Positions 12,258 through 24,700 of a DNA stretch of 64,000 bases are shown here, one piece after another (the stretch's first letter is position 1; every line of letters starts with the position of its first letter). Below the pieces are notes generated by a model. That model was given only the letters and a program-made list of their open reading frames with translations. It was not told the origin of the DNA and searched no databases. Position numbers and translations under genes: made by a program. Source of the stretch: Eledone cirrhosa (Eukaryota); assembly GCA_964016885.1 (NCBI GenBank), contig OZ024744.1:131502001-131566000 (forward strand). Direction: 5' to 3'.

Positions 12258-15200
12258 TTCGGGGTTAAGTTAAGTTAGGCTTAACTTAAGTTGGGGTTAA
12301 GTTAAATTGGGGGTAAGTTAAGTTCTGGGTAAGTTAAGTTGGGGTTAAGTTAAGTTGGGGTTAAGTTGGGGTTAAGTTAAGTTAGGGTTAAGTTAAGTTA
12401 GGGTTAAGTTAAGTTGGGGTTGAGTTAAGTTGGTGTTAAGTTAAGTTGGGGTTAAGTTAAGTTGGGGCTAAGTTAAGTTGGGGCTAAGTTAAGTTGGGGC
12501 TAAGTTAAGTTGGGGTTCAGTTAAGTTGGGGTTAAGTTAAGTTGGGGTTAAGTTAAGTTGGGGTCAAGTTAAGTTGGGGTTAAAATTAAGTTGGGGTTAA
12601 ATCAAGTTGGGGTTAAGTTAAGTTGGGGTTAATTTAAATTGGGGTTAAGTTAACTTTGTGGTTAAGTTAAGTTGGGGTTAAGTTAAGTTGGGGTTAAGTT
12701 AAGTTGGGGTTGAGTTAAGTTGGGGTTGAGTGAAGTTGGGGTTAAGTTAAGTTGGGGTTAAGTTGGCGTTAAGTTAAGTTGGGGTTGAATTAAGTTGGGG
12801 TTGAGTTAATTTAGGGTTAAGTTAAGTTGGGGTTAAGTTAAGTTGGGTTTAAGTTAAGTTGGGGTTAAATTAAGTTGGGGTTAAATTAAGTTGGGGTTAA
12901 GTTAAGTTGGGGGTAAGTTAAGTTGGTGTTAAGTTAAGTTGGGGTTAAGTTAAGTTGGGGTTAAGTTAAGTTGGGGTCAAGTTAAGTTGGGGTTAAAATT
13001 AAGTTGGGGTTAAGTCAAGTTGGGGTTAAGTCAAGTTTGAGTTAATTTAGTTGGGGTTAAGTTAAGTTGGGGCTAAGTTAAGTTGGGGCTAAGTTAAGTT
13101 GGGGCTGAGTTAAGTTGGGGTTAAGTTAAGTTGGGGTTAATTAAGGTGGGGTTAATTTAAGTTGGGGTTAAGTTATGTTGGTGTGAAGTTAAGTTGGGGC
13201 TAAGTTAATTTGGGGCTGAGTTAAGTTGGGGCTGAGTTAAGTTGGGGTTAATTTAAGTTGGGGTTGAGTTAAGTTGGGGTTAAGTTAAGTTGGGGTTAAG
13301 TTAAGTTGGGGTTAAGTTAAGTTGGGGTTGAGTTAAGTTGGGGTTAAGTTAAGTTGGGGTTAAGTTAAGTTGGGGTTCAGTTAAGTTGGGGTTAAGTTAA
13401 GTTGGGGTTAAGATGGGGTTAAATTAAGTTGGGGTTAAGTTAAGTTGGGGTTAAGTTAAGTTGGGGTTAAGTTAAGTTGGGGTTAAGTTAAGTCGGGGTT
13501 AAGTTAAGTCGTGGTTAAGTTAAGTTAGGGTTAAGTTAAGTTGGAGTTAAGTTAAGTTGGGGTTGAGTTAAGTTGGGGTTGAGTTAAATTGGGGTGGAGT
13601 TAAGTTGGGGTTGAGTTAAGTTGGTGTTGAGTTAAGTTGGGATTAAGTTAAGTTGGGGTTAAGTTAAGTTGCAGTTAAGTTAAGTTGAGGTTAAGTTAAG
13701 TTGGGGTTAAGTTAAGTTGGGGTTGAGTTAAGTTGGGGCTAAGTTAAGTTGGGGCTAAGTTAAGTTGGGGCTAAGTTAAGTTGGGGTTCAGTTAAGTTGG
13801 GGTTAAGTTAAGTTTGGGTTAAGTTGGGGTTAAATTAAGTTGGGGTTAAGTTAAGTTGGGGTTTAGTTAAGTTGGGGTTAAGTTAAGTTGGGGTTAATTT
13901 AAGTTGGGGTTAAGTTAAGTTGGGGTTAAGTTGGCGTTAAGTTAAGTTGGGGTTGAATTAAGTTGGGGTTGAGTTAATTTAGGGTTAAGTTAAGTTGGGG
14001 TTAAGTTAAGTTGGGTTTAAGTTAAGTTGGGGTTAAATTAAGTTGGGGTTAAATTAAGTTGGGGTTAAGTTAAGTTGGGGGTAAGTTAAGTTGGTGTTAA
14101 GTTAAGTTGGGGTTAAGTTAAGTTGGGGTTAAGTTAAGTTGGGGTCAAGTTAAGTTGGTGTTAAGTTAAGTTGGGGTTAAGTTAAGTTGGGGCTAAGTTA
14201 AGTTGGGGCTAAGTTAAGTTGGGGCTAAGTTAAGTTGGGGTTAAATTAAGTTGGGGTTAAGTTAAGGTGGGGTTAATTTAAGTTGGGGTCAACTTAAATT
14301 GGGGTTAAGTTAAGTTGGGGTTAAGTTAAGTTGGGGTTAAGTTAAGTTGGGGTTAAGTTAAGTTGGGGTTAAGTTAAGTTGGGGTTGAGTTAAGTTGGGG
14401 TTAAGTTAAGTTGGGGTTCAGTTAAGTTGATGTTAAGTTAAGTTGGGGTTAAGATGGGGTTAAATTAAGTTGGGGTTAAGTTAAGTTGGGGTTAAGTTAA
14501 GTTGGGGTTAAGTTAAGTTGGGGTTAAGTTAAGTCGGGGTTAAGTTAAGTCGGGGTTAAGTTAAGTTAGGGTTAAGTTAAGTTGGAGTTAAGTTAAGTTG
14601 GGGTTGAGTTAAGTTGGGGTTGAGTTAAATTGGGGTGGAGTTAAGTTGGGGTTGAGTTAAGTTGGTGTTGAGTTAAGTTGGGGTTAAGTTAAGTTGGGGT
14701 TAAGTTAAGTTGCAGTTAAGTTAAGTTGAGGTTAAGTTAAGTTGGGGTTAAGTTAAGTTGGGGTTAAGTTAAGTTGGGGCTAAGTTAAGTTGGGGCTAAG
14801 TTAAGTTGGGGCTAAGTTAAGTTGGGGTTCAGTTAAGTTGGGGTTAAGTTAAGTTTGGGTTAAGTTGGGGTTAAATTAAGTTGGGGTTAAGTTAAGTTGC
14901 GGTTTAGTTAAGTTGGGGTTAAGTTAAGTTGGGGTTAATTTAAGTTGGGGTTAAGTTAAGTTGGGGTTAAGTTAAGTGGTGGTTATGTTAAGTTGGGGTT
15001 AAGTTAAGTTGGGGTTAATTTAAATTGGGGTTAAGTTAACTTTGTGGTTAAGTTAAGTTGGGGTTAAGTTAAGTTAGGGTTAAGTTAAGTTGGGGTTCAG
15101 TTAAGTTGCGGTTAAGTTAAGTTGGGGTTAAGTTAAGTTGGGGTTAAGTTAAGTTGGGGTTAAGTTAAGTTGGGGTCAAGTTAAGTTGGGGTTAAGTTAA

Positions 15201-15474
15201 GTTGGGGTTAAGTTAAGTTGGTTAGTTAAGTTGAGTTTAATTTAAGTTGGGGTTAATTTAAGTTGGGGTTAAGTTAAGTTGGGGTTAAGTTAAGTTGGGG
15301 TTAGGTTAATTTGGGGTTCAGTAAAGTTGGGGTTAAGTCAAGTTGGGGTTAAGTTGGGGTTAAATTAATCTGGGGTTAAGTTATTGTTGGGGTTAAGTTA
15401 AGTTGGGGTTAAGTTAAGTTGGGGTTAAGTTAAGTTGGAGTTAAGTTAATTTGTGGTTAAGTTATGTTGGGGTT

Positions 15475-15867
15475 AACCCCAACTTCACTCAACCCCACCT
15501 TAACTCAACCCCAACTTAACTTAACCCCAACTTCACTCAACCCCAACTTAACTTAACCCCAACTTCACTCAACCCCAACTTAACTCAACCCCAACTTAAC
15601 TTAACCCCAACTTAACTTAACGCTAACTTAACTTAACCCCGACTTAACTTAACTTCGACTTAACTTAACCCCAACTTAACTTAACCCCAACTTAAATTAA
15701 CCCCAACTTAACTTAACCACAAATTAACTTAACCCCAACTTAAATTAACCCCAACTTAACTTAACCCCAACTTAACTCACACCCAACTTAACTTACCCCC
15801 AACTTAACTTAACCCCAACTTGAATTAACCCAAACTTAACTTAACCCCAACTTAACTTAACCCCAAA
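15475..15867 (-). repeat. Inverted satellite block 5 (393 bp)
   Basis: Left junction GGGGTT|AACCCC; carries the variant AACGCTAAC. Confidence 0.97.
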
Positions 15868-16778
15868 TTCGGGGTTAAGTTAAGTTGGGGTTAAGTTAAG
15901 TTAGGCTTCACTTAAGTTGGGGTTATGTTAAGTTGGGGGTAAGTTAAGTTCTGGGTAAGTTAAGTTGGGGTTAAGTTAAGTTGGGGTTAAGTTGGGATTA
16001 AGTTGAGTTAGGGTTAAGTTAAGTTGGGGTTGAGTTAAGTTGGGGTTAAGTTAAGTTGGGGTTAAGTCAAGTTGGGGTTAAGTTAAGTTGGGGTTAATTT
16101 AGTTGGGGTTAAGTTAAGTTGGGGCTAAGTTAAGTTGGGGCTAAGTTAAGTTGGGGCTAAGTTAAGTTGGGGTTAAGTTAAGTTGGGGTTAATTTAAATT
16201 GGGGTTAAGTTAACTTTGTGGTTAAGTTAAGTTGGGGTTAAGTTAAGTTGGGGTTAAGTTAAGTTGGGGTTGAGTTAAGTTGGGGTTGAGTGAAGTTGGG
16301 GTTAAGTTAAGTTGGGGTTAAGTTACGTTGGCGTTAAGTTAAGTTGGGGTTGAGTTAAGTTGGGGTTGAGTTAATTTAGGGTTAAGTTAAGTTGGGGTTA
16401 AGTTAAGTTGGGTTTAAGTTAAGTTGGGGTTAAATTAAGTTGGGGTTAAATTAAGTTGGGGTTAAGTTAAGTTGGGGGTAAGTTAAGTTGGGGTTAAGTT
16501 AAGTTGGGGTTAAGTTAAGTTGGGGTTAAGTTAAGTTGGGGTTTAAATTAAGTTGGGGTTAAGTCAAGTTGGGGTTAAGTTAAGTTGGGGTTAATTTAGT
16601 TGGGGTTAAGTTAAGTTGGGGCTAAGTTAAGTTGGGGCTAAGTTAAGTTGGGGTTAAGTTGGGGTTAAATTAATTTGGGGTTAAGTTAAGTTGGGGTTAA
16701 GTTAAGTTGGGGTTATGTTAAGTTGGGGTTAAGTTAAGTTGGGGTTAAGTTAATTTGTTGTTAAGTTAAGTTGTGGTT

Positions 16779-17202
16779 AACCCCAACTTCACTCAACCCC
16801 ACCTTAACTCAACCCCAACTTAACTTAACCCCAACTTCACTCAACCCCAACTTAACTTAACCCCAACTTCACTCAACCCCAACTTAACTCAACCCCAACT
16901 TAACTTAACCCCAACTTAACTTAACCCTAACTTAACTTAACCCGACTTAACTTAACTTCGACTTAACTTAACCCCAACTTAACTTAACCCCAACTTAACT
17001 TAACCCCAACTTAACTTAACCACAAATTAACTTAACCCCAACTTAAATTAACCCCAACTTAAATTAACCCCAACTTAACTTAACCCCAACTTAACTTAAC
17101 CCCAACTTAACTCACACCCAACTTAACTTACCCCCAACTTAACTTAACCCCAACTTGACTTAACACCAAATTAACTTAACCCCAACTTAACTTAACCCCA
17201 AA
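16779..17202 (-). repeat. Inverted satellite block 6 (424 bp)
   Basis: Same type as blocks 1 and 2, preceded by TTGTTG...TTGTGG. Confidence 0.97.
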
Positions 17203-20200
17203 TTCGGGGTTAAGTTAAGTTAGGCTTAACTTAAGTTGGGGTTAAGTTAAATTGGGGGTAAGTTAAGTTCTGGGTAAGTTAAGTTGGGGTTAAGTTAAGT
17301 TGGGGTTAAGTTGGGGTTAAGTTAAGTTAGGGTTAAGTTAAGTTGGGGTTGAGTTAAGTTGGTGTTAAGTTAAGTTGGGGTTAAGTTAAGTTGGGGCTAA
17401 GTTAAGTTGGGGCTAAGTTAAGTTGGGGCTAAGTTAAGTTGGGGTTCAGTTAAGTTGGGGTTAAGTTAAGTTGGGGTTAAGTTAAGTTGGGGTCAAGTTA
17501 AGTTGGGGTTAAAATTAAGTTGGGGTTAAATCAAGTTGGGGTTAAGTTAAGTTGGGGTTAATTTAAATTGGGGTTAAGTTAAATTTGTGGTTAAGTTAAG
17601 TTGGGGTTAAGTTAAGTTGGGGTTAAGTTAAGTTGGGGTTGAGTTAAGTTGGGGTTGAGTGAAGTTGGGGTTAAGTTAAGTTGGGGTTAAGTTGGCGTTA
17701 AGTTAAGTTGGGGTTGAATTAAGTTGGGGTTGAGTTAATTTAGGGTTAAGTTAAGTTGGGGTTAAGTTAAGTTGGGTTTAAGTTAAGTTGGGGTTAAATT
17801 AAGTTGGGGTTAAATTAAGTTGGGCTTAAGTTAAGTTGGGGGTAAGTTAAGTTGGTGTTAAGTTAAGTTGGGGTTAAGTTAAGTTGGGGTTAAGTTAAGT
17901 TGGGGTCAAGTTAAGTTGGGGTTAAAATTAAGTTGGGGTTAAGTCAAGTTGGGGTTAAGTCAAGTTTGAGTTAATTTAGTTGGGGTTAAGTTAAGTTGGG
18001 GCTAAGTTAAGTTGGGGCTAAGTTAAGTTGGGGCTGAGTTAAGTTGGGGTTAAGTTAAGTTGGGGTTAATTAAGGTGGGGTTAATTTAAGTTGGGGTTAA
18101 GTTATGTTGGTGTGAAGTTAAGTTGGGGCTAAGTTAATTTGGGGCTGAGTTAAGTTGGGGCTGAGTTAAGTTGGGGTTAATTTAAGTTGGGGTTGAGTTA
18201 AGTTGGGGTTAAGTTAAGTTGGGGTTAAGTTAAGTTGGGGTTAAGTTAAGTTGGGGTTGAGTTAAGTTGGGGTTAAGTTAAGTTGGTGTTAAGTTAAGTT
18301 GGGGTTCAGTTAAGTTGGGGTTAAGTTAAGTTGGGGTTAAGATGGGGTTAAATTAAGTTGGGGTTAAGTTAAGTTGGGGTTAAGTTAAGTTTGGGTTAAG
18401 TTAAGTTGGGGTTAAGTTAAGTCGGGGTTAAGTTAAGTCGTGGTTAAGTTAAGTTAGGGTTAAGTTAAGTTGGAGTTAAGTTAAGTTGGGGTTGAGTTAA
18501 GTTGGGGTTGAGTTAAATTGGGGTGGAGTTAAGTTGGGGTTGAGTTAAGTTGGTGTTGAGTTAAGTTGGGATTAAGTTAAGTTGGGGTTAAGTTAAGTTG
18601 CAGTTAAGTTAAGTTGAGGTTAAGTTAAGTTGGGGTTAAGTTAAGTTGGGGTTAAGTTAAGTTGGGGCTAAGTTAAGTTGGGGCTAAGTTAAGTTGGGGC
18701 TAAGTTAAGTTGGGGTTCAGTTAAGTTGGGGTTAAGTTAAGTTTGGGTTAAGTTGGGGTTAAATTAAGTTGGGGTTAAGTTAAGTTGGGGTTTAGTTAAG
18801 TTGGGGTTAAGTTAAGTTGGGGTTAATTTAAGTTGGGGTTAAGTTAAGTTGGGGTTAAGTTGGCGTTAAGTTAAGTTGGGGTTGAATTAAGTTGGGGTTG
18901 AGTTAATTTAGGGTTAAGTTAAGTTGGGGTTAAGTTAAGTTGGGTTTAAGTTAAGTTGGGGTTAAATTAAGTTGGGGTTAAATTAAGTTGGGGTTAAGTT
19001 AAGTTGGGGGTAAGGTAAGTTGGTGTTAAGTTAAGTTGGGGTTAAGTTAAGTTGGGGTTAAGTTAAGTTGGGGTCAAGTTAAGTTGGTGTTAAGTTAAGT
19101 TGGGGTTAAGTTAAGTTGGGGCTAAGTTAAGTTGGGGCTAAGTTAAGTTGGGGCTAAGTTAAGTTGGGGTTAAGTTAAGTTGGGGTTAAGTTAAGGTGGG
19201 GTTAATTTAAGTTGGGGTCAACTTAAATTGGGGTTAAGTTAAGTTGGGGTTAAGTTAAGTTGGGGTTAAGTTAAGGTGGGGTTAAGTTAAGTTGGGGTTA
19301 AGTTAAGTTGGGGTTGAGTTAAGTTGGGGTTAAGTTAAGTTGGGGTTCAGTTAAGTTGGTGTTAAGTTAAGTTGGGGTTAAGATGGGGTTAAATTAAGTT
19401 GGGGTTAAGTTAAGTTGGGGTTAAGTTAAGTTGGGGTTAAGTTAAGTTGGGGTTAAGTTAAGTCGGGGTTAAGTTAAGTCGGGGTTAAGTTAAGTTAGGG
19501 TTAAGTTAAGTTGGAGTTAAGTTAAGTTGGGGTTAAGTTAAGTTGCAGTTAAGTTAAGTTGAGGTTAAGTTAAGTTGGGGTTAAGTTAAGTTGGGGTTAA
19601 GTTAAGTTGGGGCTAAGTTAAGTTGGGGCTAAGTTAAGTTGGGGCTAAGTTAAGTTGGGGTTCAGTTAAGTTGGGGTTAAGTTAAGTTTGGGTTAAGTTG
19701 GGGTTAAATTAAGTTGGGGTTAAGTTAAGTTGGGGTTTAGTTAAGTTGGGGTTAAGGTAAGTTGGGGTTAATTTAAGTTGGGGTTAAGTTAAGTGGTGGT
19801 TATGTTAAGTTGGGGTTAAGTTAAGTTGGGGTTAATTTAAATTGGGGTTAAGTTAACTTTGTGGTTAAGTTAAGTTGGGGTTAAGTTAAGTTAGGGTTAA
19901 GTTAAGTTGGGGTTCAGTTAAGTTGCGGTTAAGTTAAGTTGGGGTTAAGTTAAGTTGGGGTTAAGTTAAGTTGGGGTTAAGTTAAGTTGGGGTCAAGTTA
20001 AGTTGGGGTTAAGTTAAGTTGGGGTTAAGTTAAGTTGGTTAGTTAAGTTGAGTTTAATTTAAGTTGGGGTTAATTTAAGTTGGGGTTAAGTTAAGTTGGG
20101 GTTAAGTTAAGTTGGGGTTAGGTTAATTTGGGGTTCAGTTAAGTTGGGGTTAAGTCAAGTTGGGGTTAAGTTGGGGTTAAATTAATCTGGGGTTAAGTTA

Positions 20201-20291
20201 TTGTTGGGGTTAAGTTAAGTTGGGGTTAAGTTAAGTTGGGGTTAAGTTAAGTTGGGGTTAAGTTAATTTGTGGTTAAGTTATGTTGGGGTT

Positions 20292-20636
20292 AACCCCAAC
20301 TTCACTCAACCCCACCTTAACTCAACCCCAACTTAACTTAACCCCAACTTCACTCAACCCCAACTTAACTTAACCCCAACTTCACTCAACCCCAACTTAA
20401 CTTAACCCCGACTTAACTTAACTTCGACTTAACTTAACCCCAACTTAACTTAACCCCAACTTAAATTAACCCCAACTTAACTTAACCACAAATTAACTTA
20501 ACCCCAACTTAAATTAACCCCAACTTAACTTAACCCCAACTTAACTCACACCCAACTTAACTTACCCCCAACTTAGCTTAACCCCAACTTGAATTAACCC
20601 AAACTTAACTTAACCCCAACTTAACTTAACCCCAAA
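20292..20636 (-). repeat. Inverted satellite block 7 (345 bp)
   Basis: Block 5 type, 48 bp (3 monomers) shorter; same junctions. Confidence 0.96.
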
Positions 20637-21368
20637 TTCGGGGTTAAGTTAAGTTGGGGTTAAGTTAAGTTAGGCTTCACTTAAGTTGGGGTTATGTTAA
20701 GTTGGGGTTAAGTTGGGATTAAGTTGAGTTAGGGTTAAGTTAAGTTGGGGTTGAGTTAAGTTGGGGTTAAGTTAAGTTGGGGTTAAGTCAAGTTGGGGTT
20801 AAGTTAAGTTGGGGTTAATTTAGTTGGGGTTAAGTTAAGTTGGGGCTAAGTTAAGTTGGGGCTAAGTTAAGTTGGGGCTAAGTTAAGTTGGGGTTAAGTT
20901 AAGTTGGGGTTAATTTAAATTGGGGTTAAGTTAACTTTGTGGTTAAGTTAAGTTGGGGTTAAGTTAATTTGGGGTTAAGTTAAGTTGGGGTTCAGTTAAG
21001 TTGCGGTTAAGTTAAGTTGCGGTTAAGTTAAGTTGGGGTTAAGTTAAGTTGGGGTTAAGTTAAGTTGGGGTCAAGTTAAGCTGGGGTTAAGTTAAGTTGG
21101 GGTTAAGTTAAGTTGGTTAGTTAAGTTGAGTTTAAGTTAAGTTGGGGTTAATTTAAGTTGGGTTTAAGTTAAGTTGGGGTTAAGTTAAGTTGGGGTTAAG
21201 TTAAGTTGGGGTTAAGTTAATTTGGGGTTCAGTTAAGTTGGGGTTAAGTCAAGTTGGGGTTAAGTTGGGGTTAAATTAATTTGGGGTTAAGTTAAGTTGG
21301 GGTTAAGTTAAGTTGGGGTTAAGTTAAGTTGGGGTTAAGTTAATTTGTGGTTAAGTTAAGTTGGGGTT

Positions 21369-21745
21369 AACCCCAACTTCACTCAACCCCACCTTAACTC
21401 AACCCCAACTTAACTTAACCCCAACTTCACTCAACCCCAACTTAACTTAACGCCAACTTCACTCAACCCCAACTTAACTCAACCCCAACTTAACTTAACC
21501 CCAACTTAACTTAACCCTAACTTAACTTAACCCCGACTTAACTTAACTTCGACTTAACTTAACCCCAACTTAACTTAACCCCAACTTAACTTAACCCCAA
21601 CTTAACTTAACCACAAATTAACTTAACCCCAACTTAAATTAACCCCAACTTAAATTAACCCCAACTTAACTTAACCCCAACTTAACTCACACCCAACTTA
21701 ACTTACCCCCAACTTAACTTAACCCCAACTTAACTTAACCCCAAA
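21369..21745 (-). repeat. Inverted satellite block 8 (377 bp)
   Basis: Variant AACGCCAAC shared with blocks 13 and 14; same junctions. Confidence 0.96.
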
Positions 21746-24700
21746 TTCGGGGTTAAGTTAAGTTGGGGTTAAGTTAAGTTAGGCTTAACTTAAGTTGGGG
21801 TTAAGTTAAGTTGGGGGTAAGTTAAGTTCTGGGTAAGTTAAGTTGGGGTTAAGTTAAGTTGGGGTTAAGTTGGGGTTAATTTAAGTTAGGGTTAAGTTAA
21901 GTTGGGGTTGAGTTAAGTTGGGGTTAAGTTAAGTTGGGGTTAAGTTAAGTTGGGGTCAAGTTAAGTTGGGGTTAAAATTAAGTTGGGGTTAAGTCAAGTT
22001 GGGGTTAAGTTAAGTTGGGGTTAATTTAGTTGGGGTTAAGTTAAGTTGGGGCTAAGTTAAGTTGGGGCTAAGTTAAGTTGGGGCTAAGTTAAGTTGGGGT
22101 TAAGTTAAGTTGGGGTTAAGTTAAGTTGGGGTTAATTTAAATTGGGGTTAAGTTAACTTTGTGGTTAAGTTAAGTTGGGGTTAAGTTAAGTTGGGGCTAA
22201 GTTAAGTTGGGGTTAAGTTAAGTTGGGGTTAAGTTAAGTTGGGGTTGAGTTAAGTTGGGGTTGAGTGAAGTTGGGGTTAAGTTAAGTTGGGGTTAAGTTA
22301 AGTTGGCGTTAAGTTAAGTTGGGGTTGAGTTAAGTTGGGGTTGAGTTAATTTAGGGTTAAGTTAAGTTGGGGTTAAGTTAAGTTGGGTTTAAGTTAAGTT
22401 GGGGTTAAATTAAGTTGGGGTTAAATTAAGTTGGGGTTAAGTTAAGTTGGGGGTAAGTTAAGTTGGGGGTAAGTTAAGTTGGGGTTCAGTTAAGTTGGGG
22501 TTAAGTTAAGTTTGGGTTAAGTTGGGGTTAAATTAAGTTGGGGTTAAGTTAAGTTGGGGTTTAGTTAAGTTGGAGTTAAGTTAAGTTGGGGTTAATTTAA
22601 GTTGGGGTTAAGTTAAGTTGGTGTTAAGTTAAGTGGTGGTTATGTTAAGTTGGGGTTAAGTTAAGTTGGGGTTAATTTAAATTGGGGTTAAGTTAACTTT
22701 GTGGTTAAGTTAAGTTGGGGTTATGTTAAGTTGGGGTTAAGTTAAGTTGGGGTTGAGTTAAGTTGGGGTTGAGTTAATTTAGGGTTAAGTTAAGTTGGGC
22801 TTAAGTTAAGTTGGGTTTAAGTTAAGTTGGGGTTAAATTAAGTTGGGGTTAAGTTAAGTTGGGGGTAAGTTAAGTTGGGGGCAAGTTAAGTTGGGGTTAA
22901 GTTAAGTTGGGGTTAAATTAAGTTGGGGTTAAGTTTAGTTGGTGTTAAGTTAAGTTGGGGTTTATTTAAGTTGGGGTTAATTAAGTTGGGGTTAAGTTAA
23001 GTTGGGGTTAAGTTAAGTTGGGGTTAATTTAAGTTGGGGTTGAGTTAAGTTGGGGTTAAGTTAAGTTGGGTTTATATTAAGTTGGGGTTAAGTTAAGTTG
23101 GGGTTAAGTTAAGTTGGGGTTCAGTTAAGTTGCGGTTAAGTTAAGTTGGGGTTAAGTTAAGTTGGGGTTAAGTTAAGTTGGGGTTAAGTTAAGTTGGGGT
23201 TAAGTTAAGTTGGTGTTAAGTTAAGTTGGGGCTGAGTTAAGTTGGGGTTAAGTTAAGTTGGGGTTGAGTTAAGTTGGGGTTAAGTTAAGTTGGGGTTAAG
23301 TTAAGTTGGGGTTAAGTTAAGTTGGGGTTAAGTTAAGTTGGGGTTTAGTTAAGTTGGGGTTCAGTTAAGTTGGGGTTAAGTTAAGTTTGGGTTAAGTTGG
23401 GGTTAAATTAATTTGGGGTTAAGTTAAGTTGCGGTTTAGTTTAGTTGGGGTTAAGTTAAGTTGGGGTTAATTTAAGTTGGGGTTAAGTTAAGTTGCGGGT
23501 AATTTAAGTTGGGGTTAAGTTAAGTTGGGGTTAAGTTAAGATGGGGTTAAGTTAAGTTGGGGTTAAGTTAAGTTGGGGTTAAGTTAAATTGGGGGTAAGT
23601 TAAGTTGGGGGTAAGTTAAGTTGGGGGTAAGTTAAGTTGGGGTTAAGTTAAGTTGCGGTTAAGTTAAGTTGGGGTTAAGTTAAGTTGGGGTTAAGTTAAA
23701 TTGGGGTTAAGTAAAGTTGGGGTTGAGTTAAGTTGGGGTTAAGTTAAGTTGGGGTTATGTTAAGTTGGGGTTAAGTTAAGTTGCGGTTAAGTTAAGTTGG
23801 GGTTAAGTTGGGGTTAAGTTAAGTGGTGGTTATGTTAAGTTGGGGTTAAGTTAAGTTGGGGTTAATTTAAATTGGGGTTAAGTTAACTTTGTGGTTAAGT
23901 TAAGTTGGGGCTAAATTAAGTTGGGGCTAAGTTAAGTTGGGTCTAAGTTAAGTTGGGGTTCAGTTAAGTTTGGGTTAAGTTAAGTTTGGGTTAAGTTGGG
24001 GCTAAATTAAGTTGGGGTTAAGTTAAGTTGGGGTTTAGTTAAGTTGGGGTTAAGTTAAGTTGGGGTTAATTTAAGTTGGGGTTAAGTTAAGTTGGGGTTA
24101 AGTTAAGTGGTGGTTATGTTAAGTTGGGGTTAAGTTAAGTTGGGGTTAATTTAAATTGGGGTTAAGTTAACTTTGTGGTTAAGTTAAGTTGGGGTTAAGT
24201 TAAGTTGGGGTTAAGTTAAGTTGGGGTTCAGTTAAGTTGCGGTTAAGTTAAGTTGGGGTTAAGTTAAGTTGGGGTCAAGTTAAGCTGGGGTTAAGTTAAG
24301 TTGGGGTTAAGTTAAGTTGGTTAGTTAAGTTGAGTTTAAGTTAAGTTGGGGTTAATTTAAGTTGGGTTTAAGTTAAGTTGGGGTTAAGTTAAGTTGGGGT
24401 TAAGTTAAGTTGGGGTTCAGTTAAGTTGGGGTTAAGTTAAGTTGGGGTTAAGATGGGGTTAAATTAAGTTGGGGTTAAGTTAAGTTGGGGTTAAGTTAAG
24501 TTGGGGTTAAGTTAAGTCGGGGTTAAGTTAAGTCGGGGTTAAGTTAAGTTAGGGTTAAGTTAAGTTTGAGTTAAGTTAAGTTGGGGTTGAGTTAAGTTGG
24601 GGTTGAGTTAAATTGGGGTGGAGTTAAGTTGGGGTTGAGTTAAGTTGGTGTTGAGTTAAGTTGGGGTTAAGTTAAGTTGGGGTTAAGTTAAGTTGCAGTT

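Larger units (their letters stand above)
1170..14600 (+). repeat. Run of ~3.1-3.5 kb higher-order repeats, each containing one inverted block
   Basis: GTTCG marker at 2191, 5348, 8512 and 11581. Inverted blocks start at 2444, 5601, 8765 and 11834. GGGGGC at 1524/4681 and ATTTATG at 3781/6938 are both offset 3,157. Confidence 0.88.
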
